Positions 35,101 to 50,100 of a DNA stretch of 64,000 bases are shown one piece after another. The stretch lies in the NCBI RefSeq assembly GCF_006345805.1, contig NC_042997.1, forward strand, positions 206,150,001 to 206,214,000, read 5' to 3'. Origin of the DNA: Octopus sinensis (taxonomy: Eukaryota). Positions within the stretch are counted from its first letter, which is position 1. Every line of letters begins with the position of its first letter. The position numbers and the translations under genes are program-made. The notes below the pieces were generated by a model that was given only the letters and a program-made list of their open reading frames with translations, was not told where the DNA came from and did no database searches.

Positions 35101-38100
35101 AAGAATACTTAAAGTAAAGAATTATGATAGAAATAATACTTAAAATAAAGAATTTTGATAGAAAGAATACTTAAAATAAAGAATCATGATAGAGAGAATA
35201 CTTAAAATAAAGAAATATCATAGAAAGAATACTTAAAATAAAGAATTATGATAGAAAGAATACTTAAAATAAAGAATTATGATAGAAAGAATACTTAAAA
35301 TAAAGAATTATGATAGAAAGAATACTTAAAATAAAGAATTATGATAGAAAGAATACTTAAAATAATGAATTATTTTAGAAAGAATACTTAAAGTAAAGAA
35401 TTATGATAGAAAGAATATTTAAAGTAAACAATTATGATAGAATGAATACTTAAAATAAAGAATAATGATAGAAAGAATACTTAAAGTAAAGAATTATGAT
35501 AGAATGAATACTTAAAGTAAAGAATTATGATAGAAAGAATACTTAAAGTAAAGAATTATGATAGAAAGTATACTTAAAATAAAGAATTATGATAGAATGA
35601 ATACTTAAAATAAAGAATTATGATAGAATGAATACTTAAAATAAAGAATTATGATAGAAAGAATACTTAAAATAAAGAATGATGATAGAATGAATACTTA
35701 AAATAAAGAATTATGATAGAAAGAATACTTAAAATAAAGAATTATGATAGAAAGTATACTTAAAATAAAGAATTATGATAGAAAGTATACTTAAAATAAA
35801 GAATTATGATAGAATGAATACTTAAAATAAAGATTTATGACATAATGAATACTTAAAGTAAAGAATTATGATAGAATGAATACTTAAAATAAAGAATTAT
35901 GATAGAAAGAATACTTAAATTAAAGAATTATGATAGAAAGTATACTTAAAATAAAGAATTATGATAGAATGAATACTTAAAATAAAGATTTATGATATAA
36001 TGAATACTTAAAGTAAAGAAATATGATAGAATGAATACTTAAAATAAAGAATTATGATAGAAAGAATACTTAAAATAAAGAATTATGATAGAAAGTATAC
36101 TTAAAATAAAGAATTATGATAGAAAGTATACTTAAAATAAAGAATTATGATAGAATGAATACTTAAAATAAAGAATTATGATAGAAAGAATACTTAAAGT
36201 AAAGAATTATGATAGAATGAATACTTAAAATAAAGAATTATGATAGAAAGAATACTTAAAGTAAAGACTTATGATAGAATGAATACTTAAGGTAAAGAAT
36301 TATGATAGAATGAATACTTAAAATAAAGAATTATGATAGAAAGAATACTTAAAATAAAGAATTATGATAGAATGAATACTTAAAGTAAAGAATTATGATA
36401 GAATGAATACTTAAAATAAAGATTTATGATATAATGAATACTTAAGTAAAGAATTATGATAGAAAGAATACTTAAAGTAAAGAATTATGATAGAAAGAAT
36501 ATTTAAAGTAAAGAATTATGATAGAATGAATACTTAAAATAAAGAATAATGATAGAAAGAATACTTAAAGTAAAGACTAATGATAGAATGAATACTTAAA
36601 GTAAAGAATTATGATAGAATGAATACTTAAAATAAAGAATTATGATAGAATGAATACTTAAAATAAAGAATTATGATAGAATGAATACTTAAAGTAAAGA
36701 ATTATGATAGAATGAATACTTAAAATAAAGATTTATGATATAATGAATACTTAAAGTAAAGAATTATGATAGAAAGAATACTTAAAGTAAAGAATTATGA
36801 TAGAAAGAATATTTAAAGTAAAGAATTATGATAGAATGAATAGTTAAAATAAAGAATAATGATAGAAAGAATACTTAAAATAAAGAATTATGATACAAAG
36901 AATACTTAAAATAAAGAATTATGATAGAAAGAATACTTAAAATAATGAATTATGATAGAAAGAATACTTAAAGTAAAGAATTATGATAGAATGAATACTT
37001 AAAATAAAGAATTATGATAGAAAGAATACTTAAAGTAAAGAATTATGATAGAAAGAATATTTAAAGTAAAGAATTATGATAGAATGAATACTTAAAATAA
37101 AGATTTATGATAGAAAGAATACTTAAAGTAAAGAATTATGATAGAATGAATACTTAAAGTAAAGATTTATGATAGAAAGAATACTTAAAGTAAAGAATTA
37201 TGATAGAAAGTATACTTAAAATAAAGAATTATGATAGAATGAATACTTAAAATAAAGAATTATGATAGAATGAATACTTAAAATAAAGAATTATGATAGA
37301 AAGAATACTTAAAATAAAGATTTATGATAGAAAGAATACTTAAAGTAAAGAATTATGATAGAATGAATACTTAAAATAAAGAATTATGATAGAATGAATA
37401 CTTAAAATAGAGAATTATGATAGAAAGAATACTTAAAATAAAGAATGATGATAGAATGAATACTTACAATAAAGAATTATGATAGAAAGAATACTTAAAA
37501 TAAAGAATTATGATAGAAAGTATACTTAAAATAAAGAATTATGATAGAAAGTATACTTAAAACCAAGAATTATGATAGAATGAATACTTAAAATAAAGAT
37601 TTATGATGTAATGAATACTTAAATTAAAGAATTATGATAGAATGAATACTTAAAATAAAGAATTATGATAGAAAGAATACTTAAAATAAAGAATTATGAT
37701 AGAAAGAATACTTAAAGTAAAGAATTATGATAGAAAGAATACTTAAAGTAAAGAATTATGATAGAAAGAATACTTAAAATAAAGAATTATGATAGAAAGA
37801 ATACTTAAAATAAAGAATTATGATAGAAAGAATACTTAAAATAAAGAATTATGATAGAAAGAATACTTAAAATAAAGAATTATGATAGAAAGAATACTTA
37901 AAGTAAAGAATTATGATAGAAAGAATACTTAAAATAATGAATTATGATAGAAAGAATACTTAAAGTAAAGAATTATGATAGAATGAATACTTAAAATAAA
38001 GAATTATGATAGAAAGAATACTTAAAATAAAGAATTATGATAGAATGAATACTTAAAATAAAGAATTATGATAGAAAGAATACTTAAAATAAAGAATTAT

Positions 38101-41100
38101 GATAGAAAGTATACTTAAAATAAAGAATTATGATAGAAAGTATACTTAAAATAAAGAATTATGATAGAATGAATACTTAAAATAAAGAATTATGATAGAA
38201 AGAATACTTAAAATAAAGAATTATGATAGAAAGTATACTTAAAATAAAGAATTATGATAGAAAGTATACTTAAAATAAAGAATTATGATAGAATGAATAC
38301 TTAAAATAAAGAATTATGATAGAAAGAATACTTAAAGTAAAGAATTCTGATAGAAAGAATACTTAAAATAAAGAATTATGATAGAAAGAATACTTAAAGT
38401 AAAGACTTATGATAGAATGAATACTTAAAGTAAAGAATTATGATAGAATGAATACTTAAAATAAAGAATTATGATAGAAAGAATACTTAAAATAAAGAAT
38501 TATGATAGAAAGTATACTTAAAATAAAGAATTATGATAGAAAGTATACTTAAAATAAAGAATTATGATAGAATGAATACTTAAAATAAAGAATTATGATA
38601 GAAAGAATACTTAAAGTAAAGAATTCTGATAGAATGAATACTTAAAATAAAGAATTATGATAGAAAGAATACTTAAAGTAAAGACTTATGATAGAATGAA
38701 TACTTAAAGTAAAGAATTATGATAGAATGAATACTTAAAATAAAGAATTATGATAGAAAGAATACTTAAAATAAAGATTATGATAGAATGAATACTTAAA
38801 GTAAAGAATTATGATAGAATGAAATACTTAAAATAAAGATTTATGATATAATGAATACTTAAAGTAAAGAATTATGATAGAAAGAATACTTAAAGTAAAG
38901 AATTATGATAGAAAGAATATTTAAAGTAAAGAATTATGATAGAATGAATACTTAAAATAAAGAATAATGATAGAAAGAATACTTAAAGTAAAGACTTATG
39001 ATAGAATGAATACTTAAAGTAAAGAATTATGATAGAATGAATACTTAAAAAAAGAATTATGATAGAAAGAATATTTAAAGTAAAGAATTATGATAGAAAG
39101 AATACTTAAAATAAAGAATTATGATAGAATGAATACTTAAAGTAAAGAATTATGATACATGAATACTTAAAATAAAGATTTATGATATAATGAATACTTA
39201 AAGTGAAGAATTATGATAGAAAGAATACTTAAAGTAAAGAATTATGATAGAAAGAATATTTAAAGTAAAGAATTATGATAGAATGAATACTTAGAATAAA
39301 GAATAATGATAGAAAGAATACTTAAACTAAAGAATTATGATAGAATGAATACTTAAAATAAAGAATTATGATAGAATGAATACTTAAAATACAGAATTAT
39401 AATAGAAAGAATACTTAAAATAAAGAATGATGATAGAATGAATACTTAAAATAGAGAATTATGATAGAAAGAATACTTAAAATAAAGAATTATGATAGAA
39501 AGTATACTTAAAATGAAGAATTATGATAGAAAGAATACTTAAAATAAAGAATGATGATAGAATGAATACTTAAAATAAAGATTTATGATATAATGAATAC
39601 TTAAGTAAAGAATTATGATAGAATGAATACTTAAAATAAAGAATTATGATAGAAAGAATACTTAAAATAAAGAATTATGATAGAAAGTATACTTAAAATA
39701 AAGAATTATGATAGAAAGTATACTTAAAATAAAGAATTATGATAGAATGAATACTTAAAATAAAGAATTATGATAGAAAGAATACTTAAAATAAAGAATG
39801 ATGATAGAATGAATACTTAAAATAAAGAATTATGATAGAAAGAATACTTAAAATAAAGAATTATGATAGAAAGTATACTTAAAATAAGAATAATGATAGA
39901 AAGTATACTTAAAATAAAGAATTATGATAGAATGAATACTGAAAATAAAGAATTATGATAGAATGAATACTTAAAATAAAGAATTATGATAGAATGAATA
40001 CTTAAAGCAAAGAATTATGATAGAAAGAATACTTAAAGTAAAGAATTATGATAGAATGAATACTTAAAATAAAGAATTATGATAGAATGAATACTTAAAA
40101 TAAAGAATTATGATAGAAGAATACTTAAAATAAAGAATGATGATAGAATGAATACTTAAAATAAAGAATTATGATAGAAAGAATACTTAAAATAAAGAAT
40201 TATGATAGAAAGTATACTTAAAATAAAGAATTATGATAGAAAGTATACTTAAAATAAAGAATTATGATAGAATGAAAACTTAAAATAAAGATTTATGACA
40301 TAATGAATACTTAAAGTAAAGAATTATGATAGAATGAATACTTAAAATAAAGAATTATGATAGAAAGAATACTTAAATTAAAGAATTATGATAGAAAGTA
40401 TACTTAAAATAAAGAATTATGATAGAATGAATACTTAAAATAGAGACTTATGATAGAAAGAATACTTAAAATAAAGAATTATGATAGAAAGTATACTTAA
40501 AATGAAGAATTATGATAGAAAGAATACTTAAAATAAAGAATGATGATAGAATGAATACTTAAAATAAAGATTTATGATATAATGAATACTTAAAGTAAAG
40601 AATTATGATAGAATGAATACTTAAAATAAAGAATTATGATAGAAAGAATACTTAAAATAAAGAATTATGATACAAAGTATACTTAAAATAAAGAATTATG
40701 ATAGAAAGTTTACTTAAAATAAAGAATTATGATAGAATGAATACTTAAAATAAAGAATTATGATAGAAAGAATACTTAAAATAAAGAATGATGATAGAAT
40801 GAATACTTAAAATAAAGAATTATGATAGAAAGAATACTTAAAATAAAGAATTATGATAGAAAGTATACTTAAAATAAAGAATTATGATAGAAAGTATACT
40901 TAAAATAAAGAATTATGATAGAATGAATACTGAAAATAAAGAATTATGATAGAATGAATACTTAAAATAAAGAATTATGATAGAAAGAATACTTAAAGTA
41001 AAGAATTATGATAGAAAGAATACTTAAAGTAAAGAATTATGATAGAAAGAATACTTAAAGTAAAGAATTATGATAGAAATAATATTAAAATAAAGAATTT

Positions 41101-44100
41101 TGATAGAAAGAATACTTAAAATAAAGAATCATGATAGAAAGAATACTTAAAATAAAGAAATATGATAGAAAGAATACTTAAAATAAAGAATTATGATAGA
41201 AAGAATACTTAAAATAAAGAATTATGATAGAAAGAATACTTAAAATAAAGAATTATGATAGAAAGAATACTTAAAATAAAGAATTATGATAGAAAGAATA
41301 CTTAAAATAATGAATTATTTTAGAAAGAATACTTAAAGTAAAGAATTATGATAGAAAGAATATTTAAAGTAAAGATTATGATAGAATGAATACTTAAAAT
41401 AAAGAATAATGATAGAAAGAATACTTAAAGTAAAGAATTATGATAGAATGAATACTTAAAGTAAAGAATTATGATAGAAAGAATACTTAAAGTAAAGAAT
41501 TATGATAGAAAGTATACTTAAAATAAAGAATTATGATAGAATGAATACTTAAAATAAAGAATTATGATAGAATGAATACTTAAAATAAAGAATTATGATA
41601 GAAAGAATACTTAAAATAAAGAATGATGATAGAATGAATACTTAAAATAAAGAATTATGATAGAAAGAATACTTAAAATAAAGAATTATGATAGAAAGTA
41701 TACTTAAAATAAAGAATTATGATAGAAAGTATACTTAAAATAAAGAATTATGATAGAATGAATACTTAAAATAAAGATTTATGACATAATGAATACTTAA
41801 AGTAAAGAATTATGATAGAATGAATACTTAAAATAAAGAATTATGATAGAAAGAATACTTAAATTAAAGAATTATGATAGAAAGTATACTTAAAATAAAG
41901 AATTATGATAGAATGAATACTTAAAATAAAGATTTATGATATAATGAATACTTAAAGTAAAGAAATATGATAGAATGAATACTTAAAATAAAGAATTATG
42001 ATAGAAAGAATACTTAAAATAAAGAATTATGATAGAAAGTATACTTAAAATAAAGAATTATGATAGAAAGTATACTTAAAATAAAGAACTATGATAGAAT
42101 GAATACTTAAAATAAAGAATTATGATAGAAAGAATACTTAAAGTAAAGAATTATGATAGAATGAATACTTAAAATAAAGAATTATGATAGAAAGAATACT
42201 TAAAGTAAAGACTTATGATAGAATGAATACTTAAGGTAAAGAATTATGATAGTATGAATACTTAAAATAAAGAATTATGATAGAAGAATACTTAAAATAA
42301 AGAATTATGATAGAATGAATACTTAAAGTAAAGAATTATGATAGAATGAATACTTAAAATAAAGATTTATGATATAATGAATACTTAAGTAAAGAATTAT
42401 GATAGAAAGAATACTTAAAGTAAAGAATTATGATAGAAAGAATATTTAAAGTAAAGAATTATGATAGAATGAATACTTAAAATAAAGAATAATGATAGAA
42501 AGAATACTTAAAGTAAAGACTTATGATAGAATGAATACTTAAAGTAAAGAATTATGATAGAATGAATACTTAAAATAAAGAATTATGATAGAATGAATAC
42601 TTAAAATAAAGAATTATGATAGAATGAATACTTAAAGTAAAGATTTATGATATAATGAATACTTAAAGTAAAGAATTATGATAGAAAGAATACTTAAAGT
42701 AAAGAATTATGATAGAAAGAATATTTAAAGTAAAGAATTATGATAGAATGAATAGTTAAAATAAAGAATAATGATAGAAAGAATACTTAAAATAAAGAAT
42801 TATGATACAAAGAATACTTAAAATAAAGAATTATGATAGAAAGAATACTTAAAATAATGAATTATGATAGAAAGAATACTTAAAGTAAAGAATTATGATA
42901 GAATGAATACTTAAAATAAAGAATTATGATAGAAAGAATACTTAAAGTAAAGAATTATGATAGAAAGAATATTTAAGTAAAGAATTATGATAGAATGAAT
43001 ACTTAAAATAAAGATTTATGATAGAAAGAATACTTAAAGTAAAGAATTATGATAGAATGAATACTTAAAGTAAAGATTTATGATAGAAAGAATACTTAAA
43101 GTAAAGAATTATGATAGAAAGTATACTTAAAATAAAGAATTATGATAGAATGAATACTTAAAATGAAGAATTATGATAGAATGAATACTTAAAATAAAGA
43201 ATTATGATAGAATGAATACTTAAAATAGAGAATTATGATAGAAAGAATACTTAAAATAAAGAATGATGATAGAATGAATACTTACAATAAAGAATTATGA
43301 TAGAAAGAATACTTAAAATAAAGAATTATGATAGAAAGTATACTTAAAATAAAGAATTATGATAGAAAGTATACTTAAAATCAAGAATTATGATAGAATG
43401 AATACTTAAAATAAAGATTTATGATGTAATGAATACTTAAATTAAAGAATTATGATAGAATGAATACTTAAAATAAAGAATTATGATAGAAAGAATACTT
43501 AAAATAAAGAATTATGATAGAAAGAATACTTAAAGTAAAGAATTATGATAGAAAGAATACTTAAAGTAAAGAATTATGATAGAAAGAATACTTAAAATAA
43601 AGAATTATGATAGAAAGAATACTTAAAATAAAGAATTATGATAGAAAGAATACTTAAAATAAAGAATTATGATAGAAAGAATACTTAAAATAAAGAATTA
43701 TGATAGAAAGAATACTTAAAGTAAAGAATTATGATAGAAAGAATACTTAAAATAATGAATTATGATAGAAAGAATACTTAAAGTAAAGAATTATGATAGA
43801 ATGAATACTTAAAATAAAGAATTATGATAGAAAGAATACTTAAAATAAAGAATTATGATAGAATGAATACTTAAAATAAAGAATTATGATAGAAAGAATA
43901 CTTAAAATAAAGAATTATGATAGAAAGTATACTTAAAATAAAGAATTATGATAGAAAGTATACTTAAAATAAAGAATTATGATAGAATGAATACTTAAAA
44001 TAAAGAATTATGATAGAAAGAATACTTAAAATAAAGAATTATGATAGAAAGTATACTTAAAATAAAGAATTATGATAGAAAGTATACTTAAAATAAAGAA

Positions 44101-47100
44101 TTATGATAGAATGAATACTTAAAACAAAGAATTATGATAGAAAGAATACTTAAAGTAAAGAATTCTGATAGAATGAATACTTAAAATAAAGAATTATGAT
44201 AGAAAGAATACTTAAAGTAAAGACTTATGATAGAATGAATACTTAAAGTAAAGAATTATGATAGAATGAATACTTAAAATAAAGAATTATGATAGAAAGA
44301 ATACTTAAAATAAAGAATTATGATAGAATGAATACTTAAAGTAAAGAATTATGATAGAATGAATACTTAAAATAAAGAATTATGATAGAAAGAATACTTA
44401 AAATAAAGAATTATGATAGAAAGAATACTTAAAGTAAAGACTTATGATAGAATGAATACTTAAAGTAAAGAATTATGATAGAATGAATACTTAAAATAAA
44501 GAATTATGATAGAAAGAATACTTAAAATAAAGAATTATGATAGAAAGTATACTTAAAATAAAGAATTATGATAGAAAGTATACTTAAAATAAAGAATTAT
44601 GATAGAATGAATACTTAAAATAAAGAATTATGATAGAAAGAATACTTAAAGTAAAGAATTCTGATAGAATGAATACTTAAAATAAAGAATTATGATAGAA
44701 AGAATACTTAAAGTAAAGACTTATGATAGAATGAATACTTAAAGTAAAGAATTATGATAGAATGAATACTTAAAATAAAGAATTATGATAGAAAGAATAC
44801 TTAAAATAAGAATTATGATAGAATGAATACTTAAAGTAAAGAATTATGATAGAATGAATACTTAAAATAAAGATTTATGATATAATGAATACTTAAAGTA
44901 AAGAATTATGATAGAAAGAATACTTAAAGTAAAGAATTATGATAGAAAGAATATTTAAAGTAAAGAATTATGATAGAATGAATACTTAAAATAAAGAATA
45001 ATGATAGAAAGAATACTTAAAGTAAAGACTTATGATAGAATGAATACTTAAAGTAAAGAATTATGATAGAATGAATACTTAAAATAAAGAATTATGATAG
45101 AAAGAATATTTAAAGTAAAGAATTATGATAGAAAGAATACTTAAAATAAAGAATTATGATAGAATGAATACTTAAAGTAAAGAATTATGATACAATGAAT
45201 ACTTAAAATAAAGATTTATGATATAATGAATACTTAAAGTGAAGAATTATGATAGAAAGAATACTTAAAGTAAAGAATTATGATAGAAAGAATATTTAAA
45301 GTAAAGAATTATGATAGAATGAATACTTAGAATAAAGAATAATGATAGAAAGAATACTTAAACTAAAGAATTATGATAGAATGAATACTTAAAATAAAGA
45401 ATTATGATAGAATGAATACTTAAAATACAGAATTATAATAGAAAGAATACTTAAAATAAAGAATGATGATAGAATGAATACTTAAAATAGAGAATTATGA
45501 TAGAAAGAATACTTAAAATAAAGAATTATGATAGAAAGTATACTTAAAATGAAGAATTATGATAGAAAGAATACTTAAAATAAAGAATGATGATAGAATG
45601 AATACTTAAAATAAAGATTTATGATATAATGAATACTTAAAGTAAAGAATTATGATAGAATGAATACTTAAAATAAAGAATTATGATAGAAAGAATACTT
45701 AAAATAAAGAATTATGATAGAAAGTATACTTAAAATAAAGAATTATGATAGAAAGTATACTTAAAATAAAGAATTATGATAGAATGAATACTTAAAATAA
45801 AGAATTATGATAGAAAGAATACTTAAAATAAAGAATGATGATAGAATGAATACTTAAAATAAAGAATTATGATAGAAAGAATACTTAAAATAAAGATTTA
45901 TGATAGAAAGAATACTTAAAGTAAAGAATTATGATAGAATGAATACTTAAAATAAAGAATTATGATAGAATGAATACTTAAAATAGAGAATTATGATAGA
46001 AAGAATACTTAAAATAAAGAATGATGATAGAATGAATACTTACAATAAAGAATTATGATAGAAAGAATACTTAAAATAAAGAATTATGATAGAAAGTATA
46101 CTTAAAATAAAGAATTATGATAGAAAGTATACTTAAAATCAAGAATTATGATAGAATGAATACTTAAAATAAAGATTTATGATGTAATGAATACTTAAAT
46201 TAAAGAATTATGATAGAATGAATACTTAAAATAAAGAATTATGATAGAAAGAATACTTAAAATAAAGAATTATGATAGAAAGAATACTTAAAGTAAAGAA
46301 TTATGATAGAAAGAATACTTAAAGTAAAGAATTATGATAGAAAGAATACTTAAATAAAGAATTATGATAGAAAGAATACTTAAAATAAAGAATTATGATA
46401 GAAAGAATACTTAAAATAAAGAATTATGATAGAAAGAATACTTAAAATAAAGAATTATGATAGAAAGAATACTTAAAGTAAAGAATTATGATAGAAAGAA
46501 TACTTAAAATAATGAATTATGATAGAAAGAATACTTAAAGTAAAGAATTATGATAGAATGAATACTTAAAATAAAGAATTATGATAGAAAGAATACTTAA
46601 AATAAAGAATTATGATAGAATGAATACTTAAAATAAAGAATTATGATAGAAAGAATACTTAAAATAAAGAATTATGATAGAAAGTATACTTAAAATAAAG
46701 AATTATGATAGAAAGTATACTTAAAATAAAGAATTATGATAGAATGAATACTTAAAATAAAGAATTATGATAGAAAGAATACTTAAAATAAAGAATTATG
46801 ATAGAAAGTATACTTAAAATAAAGAATTATGATAGAAAGTATACTTAAAATAAAGAATTATGATAGAATGAATACTTAAAATAAAGAATTATGATAGAAA
46901 GAATACTTAAAGTAAAGAATTCTGATAGAAAGAATACTTAAAATAAAGAATTATGATAGAAAGAATACTTAAAGTAAAGACTTATGATAGAATGAATACT
47001 TAAAGTAAAGAATTATGATAGAATGAATACTTAAAATAAAGAATTATGATAGAAAGAATACTTAAAATAAAGAATTATGATAGAAAGTATACTTAAAATA

Positions 47101-50100
47101 AAGAATTATGATAGAAAGTATACTTAAAATAAAGAATTATGATAGAATGAATACTTAAAATAAAGAATTATGATAGAAAGAATACTTAAAGTAAAGAATT
47201 CTGATAGAATGAATACTTAAAATAAAGAATTATGATAGAAAGAATACTTAAAGTAAAGACTTATGATAGAATGAATACTTAAAGTAAAGAATTATGATAG
47301 AATGAATACTTAAAATAAAGAATTATGATAGAAAGAATACTTAAAATAAAGAATTATGATAGAATGAATACTTAAAGTAAAGAATTATGATAGAATGAAT
47401 ACTTAAAATAAAGATTTATGATATAATGAATACTTAAAGTAAAGAATTATGATAGAAAGAATACTTAAAGTAAAGAATTATGATAGAAAGAATATTTAAA
47501 GTAAAGAATTATGATAGAATGAATACTTAAAATAAAGAATAATGATAGAAAGAATACTTAAAGTAAAGACTTATGATAGAATGAATACTTAAAGTAAAGA
47601 ATTATGATAGAATGAATACTTAAAATAAAGAATTATGATAGAAAGAATATTTAAAGTAAAGAATTATGATAGAAAGAATACTTAAAATAAAGAATTATGA
47701 TAGAATGAATACTTAAAGTAAAGAATTATGATACAATGAATACTTAAAATAAAGATTTATGATATAATGAATACTTAAAGTGAAGAATTATGATAGAAAG
47801 AATACTTAAAGTAAAGAATTATGATAGAAAGAATATTTAAAGTAAAGAATTATGATAGAATGAATACTTAGAATAAAGAATAATGATAGAAAGAATACTT
47901 AAACTAAAGAATTATGATAGAATGAATACTTAAAATAAAGAATTATGATAGAATGAATACTTAAAATACAGAATTATAATAGAAAGAATACTTAAAATAA
48001 AGAATGATGATAGAATGAATACTTAAAATAGAGAATTATGATAGAAAGAATACTTAAAATAAAGAATTATGATAGAAAGTATACTTAAAATGAAGAATTA
48101 TGATAGAAAGAATACTTAAAATAAAGAATGATGATAGAATGAATACTTAAAATAAAGATTTATGATATAATGAATACTTAAAGTAAAGAATTATGATAGA
48201 ATGAATACTTAAAATAAAGAATTATGATAGAAAGAATACTTAAAATAAAGAATTATGATAGAAAGTATACTTAAAATAAAGAATTATGATAGAAAGTATA
48301 CTTAAAATAAAGAATTATGATAGAATGAATACTTAAAATAAAGAATTATGATAGAAAGAATACTTAAAATAAAGAATGATGATAGAATGAATACTTAAAA
48401 TAAAGAATTATGATAGAAAGAATACTTAAAATAAAGAATTATGATAGAAAGTATACTTAAAATAAAGAATAATGATAGAAAGTATACTTAAAATAAAGAA
48501 TTATGATAGAATGAATACTGAAAATAAAGAATTATGATAGAATGAATACTTAAAATAAAGAATTATGATAGAATGAATACTTAAAGCAAAGAATTATGAT
48601 AGAAAGAATACTTAAAGTAAAGAATTATGATAGAATGAATACTTAAAATAAAGAATTATGATAGAATGAATACTTAAAATAAAGAATTATGATAGAAAGA
48701 ATACTTAAAATAAAGAATGATGATAGAATGAATACTTAAAATAAAGAATTATGATAGAAAGAATACTTAAAATAAAGAATTATGATAGAAAGTATACTTA
48801 AAATAAAGAATTATGATAGAAAGTATACTTAAAATAAAGAATTATGATAGAATGAAAACTTAAAATAAAGATTTATGACATAATGAATACTTAAAGTAAA
48901 GAATTATGATAGAATGAATACTTAAAATAAAGAATTATGATAGAAAGAATACTTAAATTAAAGAATTATGATAGAAAGTATACTTAAATAAAGAATTATG
49001 ATAGAATGAATACTTAAAATAGAGAATTATGATAGAAAGAATACTTAAAATAAAGAATTATGATAGAAAGTATACTTAAAATGAAGAATTATGATAGAAA
49101 GAATACTTAAAATAAAGAATGATGATAGAATGAATACTTAAAATAAAGATTTATGATATAATGAATACTTAAAGTAAAGAATTATGATAGAATGAATACT
49201 TAAAATAAAGAATTATGATAGAAAGAATACTTAAAATAAAGAATTATGATACAAAGTATACTTAAAATAAAGAATTATGATAGAAAGTTTACTTAAAATA
49301 AAGAATTATGATAGAATGAATACTTAAAATAAAGAATTATGATAGAAAGAATACTTAAAATAAAGAATGATGATAGAATGAATACTTAAAATAAAGAATT
49401 ATGATAGAAAGAATACTTAAAATAAAGAATTATGATAGAAAGTATACTTAAAATAAAGAATTATGATAGAAAGTATACTTAAAATAAAGAATTATGATAG
49501 AATGAATACTGAAAATAAAGAATTATGATAGAATGAATACTTAAAATAAAGAATTATGATAGAAAGAATACTTAAAGTAAAGAATTATGATAGAAAGAAT
49601 ACTTAAAGTAAAGAATTATGATAGAAAGAATACTTAAAGTAAAGAATTATGATAGAAATAATACTTAAAATAAAGAATTTTGATAGAAAGAATACTTAAA
49701 TAAAGAATCATGATAGAAAGAATACTTAAAATAAAGAAATATGATAGAAAGAATACTTAAAATAAAGAATTATGATAGAAAGAATACTTAAAATAAAGAA
49801 TTATGATAGAAAGAATACTTAAAATAAAGAATTATGATAGAAAGAATACTTAAAATAAAGAATTATGATAGAAAGAATACTTAAAATAATGAATTATTTT
49901 AGAAAGAATACTTAAAGTAAAGAATTATGATAGAAAGAATATTTAAAGTAAAGAATTATGATAGAATGAATACTTAAAATAAAGAATAATGATAGAAAGA
50001 ATACTTAAAGTAAAGAATTATGATAGAATGAATACTTAAAGTAAAGAATTATGATAGAAAGAATACTTAAAGTAAAGAATTATGATAGAAAGTATACTTA